Of a stretch of DNA of 64,000 nucleotides, positions 1 to 7,692 are shown in pieces (the first letter of the stretch is position 1; each line of letters opens with the position of its first letter). Position numbers and translations under genes: made by a program. The stretch spans positions 4,999-68,998 of the forward strand of contig CALRDV010000005.1 of NCBI GenBank assembly GCA_943355005.1, in the 5' to 3' direction. The notes under the pieces were generated by a model that saw only the letters and a program-made list of their open reading frames with translations, was not told where the DNA came from and made no database searches. The DNA comes from Patescibacteria group bacterium. GTDB taxonomy: Bacteria > Patescibacteriota > Microgenomatia > UBA1400 > MFAQ01.

Positions 1-57
1 ATCTATTCCTCACCTCCCAGCATCACGACAAAAAAATCCACGTAATTTCCAAATAAT

Positions 58-86
58 TGTCATTCCGGGCTTGACCCGGAATCCAG
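58..86 (+). repeat. Palindromic repeat, type 1 (GTCATTCCGGGCTTGACCCGGAATCCAG), intergenic, upstream of the S8 protease gene
   Basis: The sequence forms a perfect hairpin, ATTCCGGG-cttga-CCCGGAAT. The same 28-mer recurs at 14465, 41882 (one mismatch) and 56956. Confidence 0.8.
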
Positions 87-140
87 TCCCCCAATCTTGC
101 AATTTGACCATCCGTATTATTTCCTGTATTCTTTAATGTA

Positions 141-1394
141 ATGTTTAAAACAACTTTAAGAATAATAATCCTTTCCCTATTTGCTCTTTCTGCTGCTTCC
201 CTAGCCAAAAATATTTTCGCTCAGGCCAAGCCGGAAAATTTAATCCCCGATTCTTACATTGTTGTATTCAAAGATAGCGTCGGTAATCCAAGTGAAAAAG
301 CAAATGCCATGGGCAAGCTCCACGGTTTTTCAGTGGACCATTCCTTCTCATCAGCCATCAAAGGTTTCTCTGCTGTCATTCCGGCAGCCAGATTGGCTCA
401 GATTAAGCAAGATTCAGAAGTTCAATTTATTACCCAAGATAGAGTAGTTACCACTCAAGCAGGACAAGTAACTACTCAAGCAGTCCAGCAAGTCCCAACC
501 GGAGTAAATCGAATGGGAGTTCCAAGCTCAGGTAATACGGGTAGTGGAATCGGTGTAGCAGTCATTGATACCGGCATCGCACTTTCACATCCGGATCTTC
601 AGGCAAATATTGGCGGTAACTATTCCTGTGTCAAAGGAAAACGGACAGGGGACGATGATAACGGTCATGGTTCCCACGTAGCCGGTACTATCGCAGCAGT
701 AAACAATGGAGTTGGTGTCGTCGGAGTGGCATCCAAAGTTAAACTCTACGCTGTCAAAGTTCTTAACTCGCAAGGTTCGGGTTCCTGGTCTTCCATTATC
801 TGCGGTATCGACTGGGTTACCAAAAATGCTAATGTTCTAAATATCAAAGTTGCCAACATGAGTTTAGGTGGTAGTGGTTCAAGCGACAACAACTGCGGCA
901 ACACAAATGGAGACGCTTTACATAAAGCTATTTGTAAATCTAGGGATGCCGGAGTGACTTACATCGTAGCTGCAGGCAATAATGGCGCCGATGCTTCTAC
1001 TTTTTCACCCGCCTCTTACAATGACGCCGTTATTACAGTTTCCGCCTTGGCAGATAGTGACGGTAAGTCCGGAGGTTTGGGTGCCACAACTTCTTATGGA
1101 GCAGATGATACATTTGCCACTTTTAGTAATTACGGCAATGTCGTTGATTTAGGCGCTCCAGGGGTAAATATTTATTCTACTTGGATAGGCAATGGCTACA
1201 ATACTATAAGTGGTACTAGTATGGCGACTCCTCACGTCTCCGGCTCAGCTGCTTTGTATATAGCCAAAAATCCTTCATCTTCATGGACGCAAGTTAGAGA
1301 AGGGCTAAAAGCGCTAGGTGAGCTCAAAAATGCCGGTCACACCGATCCTTCGAATCTACATCCCGAGCCAATTGTCCTCACGAATACGCTGTAA
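141..1394 (+). CDS. Secreted subtilisin-like serine protease (peptidase S8) with an N-terminal signal peptide and a propeptide-like region
   Basis: The catalytic triad motifs are present: VAVIDTGI (Asp), HGSHVAGTIAA (His) and GTSMATPHVSG (Ser). The N-terminus is hydrophobic, consistent with a signal peptide. Confidence 0.9.
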   Translation: MFKTTLRIIILSLFALSAASLAKNIFAQAKPENLIPDSYIVVFKDSVGNPSEKANAMGKLHGFSVDHSFSSAIKGFSAVIPAARLAQIKQDSEVQFITQDRVVTTQAGQVTTQAVQQVPTGVNRMGVPSSGNTGSGIGVAVIDTGIALSHPDLQANIGGNYSCVKGKRTGDDDNGHGSHVAGTIAAVNNGVGVVGVASKVKLYAVKVLNSQGSGSWSSIICGIDWVTKNANVLNIKVANMSLGGSGSSDNNCGNTNGDALHKAICKSRDAGVTYIVAAGNNGADASTFSPASYNDAVITVSALADSDGKSGGLGATTSYGADDTFATFSNYGNVVDLGAPGVNIYSTWIGNGYNTISGTSMATPHVSGSAALYIAKNPSSSWTQVREGLKALGELKNAGHTDPSNLHPEPIVLTNTL

Positions 1395-1552
1395 CTTTCC
1401 GTAAAGAAACACTTGACATTTATCTTATAGAGGTCCATAGTGTGACATGTAAATGCCAAATAATTTTTGGATTCTGCCCTCAATTTACTCTTCGTTTTTC
1501 TCCTTCTTTTTGTATAAATCTTTTAAATTAGTACCCGCTCTGCCTCACCACT

Positions 1553-1591
1553 CGTCATTGCGAATCTCGTAATCGAGCTGTGGCAATCCAG
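1553..1591 (+). repeat. Palindromic repeat, type 2 (GTCATTGCGA-atctcgtaatcgag-cTGTGGCAATCCAGG), intergenic
   Basis: It shares the GTCATTGCGA 5' arm and the TGGCAATCCAG 3' arm with copies at 12138, 47052, 51984 and 56376. Its inner CTCGTAATCGAG hairpin resembles the copy at 52483. Confidence 0.8.
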
Positions 1592-1645
1592 GCTAATACA
1601 AAAGACAATATAAATTAACATACAGAAAGAAGGTGAAATAAATAA

Positions 1646-2176
1646 ATGAAGAAAATAATATTAAGCGTTCTCGCAATCGTTTTGACTCTCGGTGTCGTTG
1701 GTGGTTCAGCATATGCATTATTTAGCTCTACAGCTACAGTTCAAGGTATTGCAATTAGTACCGGTAATGCAGGTCTAAAAATCTGGGATGGTGACTCCTA
1801 TGAAACCACCTGGACATCTACAGATGCGTTCAACGGTATGTATCCAGGAGAGAGTAGAACCACGACCTGGTACCTAAGAAACGATAGTACATCGGCCATT
1901 AGTTTAGATGTAACAGGGCAATTGATGTCAGCTGGTGGTGATTGGGCTGAGTTACAAGTTATTAAAATGAAAGCCGATGGTAATTCATTAGCTCCAGCTC
2001 CAGAAGGACCTCTCACAGACTGGAATTCTACCCCTGTCTCTTTGGGAAATATCCTTCAGAACACAACCGCAACATATCTCGTAACATTTACTTTACCAAG
2101 CGCCTCAGGAAATGAAGTGGCTGGAAAGTCCTTAAACAATGTAACGTTTAACTTTGTAGGAACAGAAAAACTATAG
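1646..2176 (+). CDS. Small secreted protein with a SipW-cognate-type (TasA/camelysin-like) signal peptide
   Basis: The N-terminus reads MKKIILSVLAIVLTLGVVGGSAYALFSSTATVQG, which resembles the AYFSDT-type SipW-cognate signal class. It lies immediately upstream of a SipW-type signal peptidase gene. Confidence 0.55.
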   Translation: MKKIILSVLAIVLTLGVVGGSAYALFSSTATVQGIAISTGNAGLKIWDGDSYETTWTSTDAFNGMYPGESRTTTWYLRNDSTSAISLDVTGQLMSAGGDWAELQVIKMKADGNSLAPAPEGPLTDWNSTPVSLGNILQNTTATYLVTFTLPSASGNEVAGKSLNNVTFNFVGTEKL

Positions 2177-2225
2177 AGTTTGAGCCTCTATCAATTACAG
2201 GTAGGACAGACCTGTGATTGGTTAG

Positions 2226-3395
2226 ATGCTTAACCAAAAACTAAAACCAATCTTAAAATTTTTTGAATGGCTAATTTTCTCAGCCCTTATTTTTGTTGTT
2301 TTTATTATTCTCTCTCCACTTTTCCATCTAAGAGGACTACCTTCCACATTTATCGTAGCTACCGGCTCCATGGAGCCATTAATCAAAATAGGTTCGATTG
2401 CGCTTACACAAGAAATAGATCCTAAATCGGTTAAGGTTGGCGACATCATCGCTTTCACTTCGCCAAGCGATCCAAAACAAACCATTCTTCATCGGGTAAA
2501 CAGCATCTCATCTGTTGATCCATTAACGTTTAAAACCAAAGGTGACAATAATAAATCAATAGATAATTGGGATGTCCGAGATTCCGGTATCAAAGGCAAA
2601 TTTAGCTTCGCTATTCCATATCTTGGTCACGCCGGCGCCTTTATTCGCAAGCCTTTGGGATTTAGTATCGTCATTGGCATTCCGGCAGTACTCTTTATCC
2701 TTCTTCAGCTTTTAATCATCAAAAAAGCGATTGCTGAAGAGGTTGATCGTAAAGTTGCTAAGGCACTTGGCTCTCATACACTTCCTGTTATCATTGCCTT
2801 TTTTATATCACTCCTTGCTCTGTCTAGAGTGCCACTAGCATTGGCATATTTTTCTGACACAGCAACTATTTCGGGACTAAGTCTGTCGGTCGCAAATTTC
2901 TCCTCCGATGACGATGATGACGACGACAAACACTGCCCACCGGCCAACGACAAGGGAAACACGAATGACAAAGGGAATGGACATGATAATAACTGCGACG
3001 GCGAGAAAGATACCGGTAACAATAAGGATAAAGATAAAGAAAATGATAATGATGATGAAAAGGAAGATGAAGAGGTAAGCAATTCTCATCATCCAAAATT
3101 AGAAACTCATCTCGATTCAGAACGCCACTATTTCTCCTTCAGTCTTACTGATGTCGAAGATTTTTACGAGATTTCGTACCGAGTAAATTACGACACTGAA
3201 AATTCCTCGAGAGAGTTTGAAGGTCGGGAAGATATGGACAGAGAGCTGGAATATAGAAAACTTGATATCTTGCTTGGTTCCAAATCTGCCGGCGGAGGTG
3301 CTGTCTTTGACGAAGGCGTCAAAAATATCAAAATCTCCATTCGTCTCACCCGTCCAGACGGCACATTCTTCGACCTCGAAGATAATATGGAATAG
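2226..3395 (+). CDS. sipW: Signal peptidase I of the SipW/archaeal-ER (S26B) type, fused in frame to a C-terminal extension that carries a second SipW-cognate-like signal, an Asp-rich tract and a globular tail
   Basis: The N-terminal TM helix plus VATGSMEP (catalytic Ser box) and the HRV region are typical of SipW. After about 190 aa the sequence continues ...LPVIIAFFISLLALSRVPLALAYFSDTATISG...DDDDDDDK..., with no in-frame start codon separating the two parts. Confidence 0.65.
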   Translation: MLNQKLKPILKFFEWLIFSALIFVVFIILSPLFHLRGLPSTFIVATGSMEPLIKIGSIALTQEIDPKSVKVGDIIAFTSPSDPKQTILHRVNSISSVDPLTFKTKGDNNKSIDNWDVRDSGIKGKFSFAIPYLGHAGAFIRKPLGFSIVIGIPAVLFILLQLLIIKKAIAEEVDRKVAKALGSHTLPVIIAFFISLLALSRVPLALAYFSDTATISGLSLSVANFSSDDDDDDDKHCPPANDKGNTNDKGNGHDNNCDGEKDTGNNKDKDKENDNDDEKEDEEVSNSHHPKLETHLDSERHYFSFSLTDVEDFYEISYRVNYDTENSSREFEGREDMDRELEYRKLDILLGSKSAGGGAVFDEGVKNIKISIRLTRPDGTFFDLEDNME

Positions 3396-3412
3396 TTCCA
3401 GTCAACACCCCC

Positions 3413-3560
3413 CGTCATTGCGGGGTTTGAGGTATTTTGGGTTTAACAATGAATCCCTTGTGGATTTATTGTTAAAAAAAATATAAAAATAACTCAAACA
3501 TGACGCAGCCTGTTTCGTAACGAACCAGGCTAGGCAGGGTTTACAACGCGTGGCAATCTC
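3413..3560 (+). repeat. Possible long composite member of the palindromic repeat family (5' GTCATTGCGGGG ... 3' CGTGGCAATCTCC with about 120 bp of interior)
   Basis: The two canonical element termini are present about 135 bp apart in the sipW to collagen-like intergenic space. The interior is AT-rich and non-coding. Confidence 0.4.
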
Positions 3561-3661
3561 CCTCCACCCATCTTCCGAAAAACTGGATATATCAATCTTC
3601 TGTAAATAAAACTATACTGACGTAATATTGCTTTGTTTAATTAGCAAAATAATTAAAAAAA

Positions 3662-4393
3662 ATGAAAAAGAAGTTCCTGCCACTTCTTCTCGTAGGGGTC
3701 TCCGTTATTATTTTCCCGTTTCTTTTCAGCCAGCCAGTCCACGCCGACGAAGACAGTCCAAGTACTGTAACCTTCTGTCTCAAGCACAATGGCTCAGTCT
3801 ACACCGCCGGTCGTGGACAGAAAAAGTCATTCTGCAGAGACGATGATAGATATATTAGTTTCAAACTGAGTATTTTAGACAATTTGGGCACCGTTGGCCC
3901 ACAAGGGCCCATTGGTCCCGCCGGCTCTCAGGGTGTTCAAGGAATTCAAGGTGAGCAAGGAATACAGGGAATCCCCGGCACAGGCAGTGGAGATTCCATT
4001 CCCGGCCCCAAAGGCGACCAGGGAATCCAAGGAATTCAAGGTGAAGTTGGACCCAAAGGTGACACCGGACTTCAAGGCATACAGGGACCTGTGGGTCCTG
4101 CCGGCCAAGACGGCACCTCAGGCTCAGGTTCCGGCATCTCCGGCTGGGAGAAAGTCATGGCAGCCACCACTTCCGCAGGCACGGACCAAACCTTCAGCGC
4201 CACCTGTACCTCAGGCAAGAAAGTCATTGGTGGAGGCTACGCAACTTCAAACGCCGTAACCTATTTAACCTATTACGCATTGGAAAATTACCCAAGCACC
4301 GACAATTCTTGGACCGCCACTGTACACAGAGCTAATTCTGGAGGTGCCACTTGGACTCTCAATGTCTACGCTCTCTGCGTCTCCGGACTATAA
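3662..4393 (+). CDS. Secreted collagen-like triple-helix repeat protein with a C-terminal globular domain
   Basis: A signal peptide (MKKKFLPLLLVGVSVIIFPFLFS) is followed by about 35 G-x-y triplets (GPQGPIGPAGSQGVQGIQGEQGIQGIPG...GPVGPAGQDG) and then a non-repetitive tail. Confidence 0.7.
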   Translation: MKKKFLPLLLVGVSVIIFPFLFSQPVHADEDSPSTVTFCLKHNGSVYTAGRGQKKSFCRDDDRYISFKLSILDNLGTVGPQGPIGPAGSQGVQGIQGEQGIQGIPGTGSGDSIPGPKGDQGIQGIQGEVGPKGDTGLQGIQGPVGPAGQDGTSGSGSGISGWEKVMAATTSAGTDQTFSATCTSGKKVIGGGYATSNAVTYLTYYALENYPSTDNSWTATVHRANSGGATWTLNVYALCVSGL

Positions 4394-4419
4394 TGTAGTC
4401 TTAGAGGAAAATAAATATT

Positions 4420-4451
4420 CCCCCATATTATGTAGTATGGGGGAGTTTTTT
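4420..4451 (+). terminator. Rho-independent terminator after the collagen-like gene
   Basis: CCCCCATA-ttatgtag-TATGGGGG forms a hairpin that is followed by AGTTTTTTAT. Confidence 0.7.
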
Positions 4452-4561
4452 ATGCCATTTAGCTTCAAATCAAAGGTAAAAATATATTGTAGTTTGTAGC
4501 ACAAGGATGTAGAATATCGTACACAATAGTCTTATAAAAAAGAAGTCTACTCCACAGAAAA

Positions 4562-6163
4562 ATGCTTAATTCAGACATAGATGTCAAAAAAAGGATACTC
4601 GAGAACGACGCGCTAGTCGAGAAGAAACTATCCGAAGACGAGCTTTTTGTGGAAATTGCCAAAGATTTTGGCTTGCCATTCACGAAAATTAACGCCTCAA
4701 ATATTGAGAAACAGGTCCTAAATCTATTGCCGGAAAAGATTGCCAGATCAAATAAAACAATAGCTTTCGGGAGAGACGAAAAAGTCGTCAAAATAGCCGT
4801 TGTTGATCAGCCAAATCAGGATTTACTTGATATGATTTCGAGGAAGACCAATCAGCCTATAAAGGTCTATTTCACTTCACCGGAATACCTAAAGAAAGCC
4901 TTACTTTTGTATCGTTTATCTCTTCAGGGGGCTTTCGATAAAATTCTTAGCGACATCTCGGATATTACCTTGGAAACAGCTCCTATTAGGAAGATAGTTG
5001 ATCTTTTGATTGACTATGCATATCAAGATGGAGCTTCGGATATCCATATCGAGCCGGAAGAAAAAAAGTTTAAGGTCCGTTTCAGAATTGATGGAATTCT
5101 GCACGACGTCCTGACACTACCAAGAGATCTACTGGATCGCGTGGTCACTCGCGTAAAAGTACTTTCACGTCTCAGGACGGATGAGCACCTTAGTCCTCAG
5201 GATGGTAAATTCCGTTTCTTTATCGAAGATGAGAATCTGGATATCCGCGTTTCTATTGTTCCCATTGCCGATGGTGAGAAAATCGTTCTCCGATTGCTTA
5301 CTTCTAAGTCTCGTGAGTACTCACTGGATAATCTGGGACTCAGCGAAACGGATTTGAAAACCATCCGCAAAGCTCTGGACAAGTCCTACGGCATGATTCT
5401 TTCCACTGGTCCCACCGGTTCAGGCAAAACCACTACTATCTACGCCTTGATAAAAATTCTCAATACGAGAGACAGAAATATCACTACTATCGAAGACCCT
5501 ATCGAATATCGTATTGAGGGTATAAACCAAATTCAGGTAAATACCAAAACCAATCTAACTTTCGCTAATGGTTTGGGCTCCATCCTTCGCCAAGATCCAA
5601 ACATTATTTTTGTCGGCGAGGTACGCGATAGCGAAACAGCTGCTATTGCGGTGAACGCTGCTCTTACAGGTCACTTAGTTTTCTCCACTTTACACACTTC
5701 GGACGCAGTCGGAGCGGTTCCCAGACTTTTGGATATGGGTATAGAACCATTTTTACTAACTTCTACGGTAAATGTCATCATTGCTCAGCGTCTTTTACGT
5801 CGAGTGTGTGTAGACTGCAAATATTCTTACACGGTCACCCGAAAAGAGTTGGCCAAAAATATTCCTTTGGATTCCATTAAACGGGACTTTGGCAGTTCCT
5901 CCGAAATTAAATTTTACAAAGGCAAGGGTTGTCCCACTTGTCACCATACCGGCTATCTCGGTCGAGCCGGCATTGTCGAAGTTCTCACCATTTCCAAGGC
6001 TATCAGAAAGTTAATTATCAGTGGAGGTGATTCGGATCAAATCTTGGAAGCTGCTCAGAAAGAGGGGATGATTACCATGTTTGATGATGGATTGCGCAAA
6101 GCTCACCAAGGCGTCACCACTATCGATGAAGTTCTCCGGGTTACCAAAGTTGAAATATTATGA
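4562..6163 (+). CDS. pilB: Type IV pilus assembly ATPase (PilB/GspE family)
   Basis: Walker A GPTGSGKTTT, the GspE signature region, the C-terminal tetracysteine CxxC...CPTCHH, and an N-terminal GSPII-like domain are all present. Confidence 0.9.
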   Translation: MLNSDIDVKKRILENDALVEKKLSEDELFVEIAKDFGLPFTKINASNIEKQVLNLLPEKIARSNKTIAFGRDEKVVKIAVVDQPNQDLLDMISRKTNQPIKVYFTSPEYLKKALLLYRLSLQGAFDKILSDISDITLETAPIRKIVDLLIDYAYQDGASDIHIEPEEKKFKVRFRIDGILHDVLTLPRDLLDRVVTRVKVLSRLRTDEHLSPQDGKFRFFIEDENLDIRVSIVPIADGEKIVLRLLTSKSREYSLDNLGLSETDLKTIRKALDKSYGMILSTGPTGSGKTTTIYALIKILNTRDRNITTIEDPIEYRIEGINQIQVNTKTNLTFANGLGSILRQDPNIIFVGEVRDSETAAIAVNAALTGHLVFSTLHTSDAVGAVPRLLDMGIEPFLLTSTVNVIIAQRLLRRVCVDCKYSYTVTRKELAKNIPLDSIKRDFGSSSEIKFYKGKGCPTCHHTGYLGRAGIVEVLTISKAIRKLIISGGDSDQILEAAQKEGMITMFDDGLRKAHQGVTTIDEVLRVTKVEIL

Positions 6164-7224
6164 AAAAAACCAAAGATCTAAGCAAGATCAGAATCAGTAA
6201 TAACGACAAACTAAATTTTTTGTCCGGGTTGGGCACCATGTTAAGAGCCGGCTTATCCGTCCTGGAAGTTGTCAGTTCACTCGCTGAGGACTCACGTGGA
6301 GATCTAAAAATCTTTTTCGAAGTTCTGTATGAAGATTTAACCCAAGGTAAAACCATCTCTTCATCATTAGCCAAATTTCCAAGGTCCTTTGACAAAGTCA
6401 CCATCAATGTCCTAAAGTCAGCTGAAGAAAGTGGTACTTTGGAGTCGACTCTCAAGGACGTCGAAACCACCATTCAGAAAACAATTAAATTCAATGACAA
6501 GATTCGTTCCGCCCTTCTTTACCCACTAGTCGTTTCTGTTGTGTTTATTTTCATCATTGTCGGTATCTTAATTTTCGTCATTCCCCGCGTGTCTACAGTC
6601 TTTACTTCCTTAAATATCGACCTCCCTTTACCCACCAAAATTCTTTTGTATATTTCGAATATCCTGACACAGCAAACCATTTGGGTAGTCGGTTTCTTCA
6701 GTGCTCTTATCCTAGGAATTATTATTTTGTATATCAAGAAAAGAGATTGGCTAATAAACCGCTTCTTGTCTCTACCTTTTATTTCTACTATAGCGGCGGA
6801 GATAGATTTGACCCGCTTTTCTCATAGCCTCTCATTACTTCTGGATGCCGGAATTCCAATTACTTCGGCTCTCGCCCTTACTCAAGAAGTCATCGTGAAA
6901 GAGGAAATTAGAAATGTCATTGCTGAAACCAGAGATATGGTTGGCTCCGGCAAAAAGATTTCTGAAAGTTTTAAGAAATACAAAAAAATCATTCCTAAAT
7001 TGGTTATCAAAATCATAGAAGCGGGTGAACATTCAGGTTCGCTTAGCGCTTCCATGCAATACATTTCAGATTATTTGGAATACCAGGTAGAGAAGAAACT
7101 CTTCTCCGCTACGACGCTTCTTGAGCCCTTTATGCTCGTGACTATTGGCTTTGTCGTGGGTGGCATGATGCTATCTATCATCAGCCCGATTTATTCTTTA
7201 ATTGGCCAAATTGGACCTCGATAA
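6160..7224 (+). CDS. pilC: Type IV pilus inner-membrane platform protein (PilC/GspF family)
   Basis: It has a GspF-like domain architecture with three or more TM helices and overlaps the pilB stop codon, indicating translational coupling. Confidence 0.75.
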   Translation: MKKTKDLSKIRISNNDKLNFLSGLGTMLRAGLSVLEVVSSLAEDSRGDLKIFFEVLYEDLTQGKTISSSLAKFPRSFDKVTINVLKSAEESGTLESTLKDVETTIQKTIKFNDKIRSALLYPLVVSVVFIFIIVGILIFVIPRVSTVFTSLNIDLPLPTKILLYISNILTQQTIWVVGFFSALILGIIILYIKKRDWLINRFLSLPFISTIAAEIDLTRFSHSLSLLLDAGIPITSALALTQEVIVKEEIRNVIAETRDMVGSGKKISESFKKYKKIIPKLVIKIIEAGEHSGSLSASMQYISDYLEYQVEKKLFSATTLLEPFMLVTIGFVVGGMMLSIISPIYSLIGQIGPR

Positions 7225-7691
7225 TGAAAGGCCACACCTTATTAGAGATACTTATTGTCCTCGGATTATTTACTGTTATTTTTACGGCGACATCTCTAAA
7301 TCTCTTAGGTGCTAGGTCAAAAACATCACTCGGAACTTCAGTCGACGTTCTCTTGGCCGATCTCCGCGCTCAGCAGACCAAAGCCATGAGTGGCGATACC
7401 GGAGGAGGAGGTACCAATGTCAACTTCGGAATCCATTTTCTAAGTAATTCATATGTTCTTTTCAAAAACACCTATTCTGCCTCAGATCCCTACAATTATT
7501 CGGTGAATTTAGACGATGTCAAGATTGATACTACTTTTTCCGGCTCAGAAATTATCTTTCTTAAAGGTAGTGGAGAAGTTTCGGGATACAACCCTGTCGC
7601 CAACACCATCCGTTTAACCAGCCTTAGTAGTTCCGGTAGTCCAAAGATTATCACCATTAATCGTTTCGGTGTCATTATCTCCGTCAACTAA
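7224..7691 (+). CDS. Pseudopilin or minor pilin with a prepilin-type N-terminal cleavage/methylation motif
   Basis: The N-terminus reads MKGHTLLEILIVLGLFTVIF, which matches the G-(F/H)TLLE class III signal. Confidence 0.7.
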   Translation: MKGHTLLEILIVLGLFTVIFTATSLNLLGARSKTSLGTSVDVLLADLRAQQTKAMSGDTGGGGTNVNFGIHFLSNSYVLFKNTYSASDPYNYSVNLDDVKIDTTFSGSEIIFLKGSGEVSGYNPVANTIRLTSLSSSGSPKIITINRFGVIISVN

Positions 7692-7692
7692 C

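Noticed and set aside
2195-2213. The ACAGGT-aggacag-ACCTGT hairpin after the SipW-cognate gene, as a terminator
   Set aside because: No T-tract follows it, and the next gene starts 13 bp later, probably co-transcribed, so it is unlikely to be an intrinsic terminator.
2774-3096. Three overlapping minus-strand ORFs (102, 76 and 71 aa) opposite the sipW fusion gene
   Set aside because: They lie entirely within the GAT/GAC/AAG low-complexity tract of the plus-strand gene. Their translations are pure low-complexity sequence (poly-Ser/Leu or poly-Ile/Phe), which is typical antisense artefact of a compositionally biased coding region.
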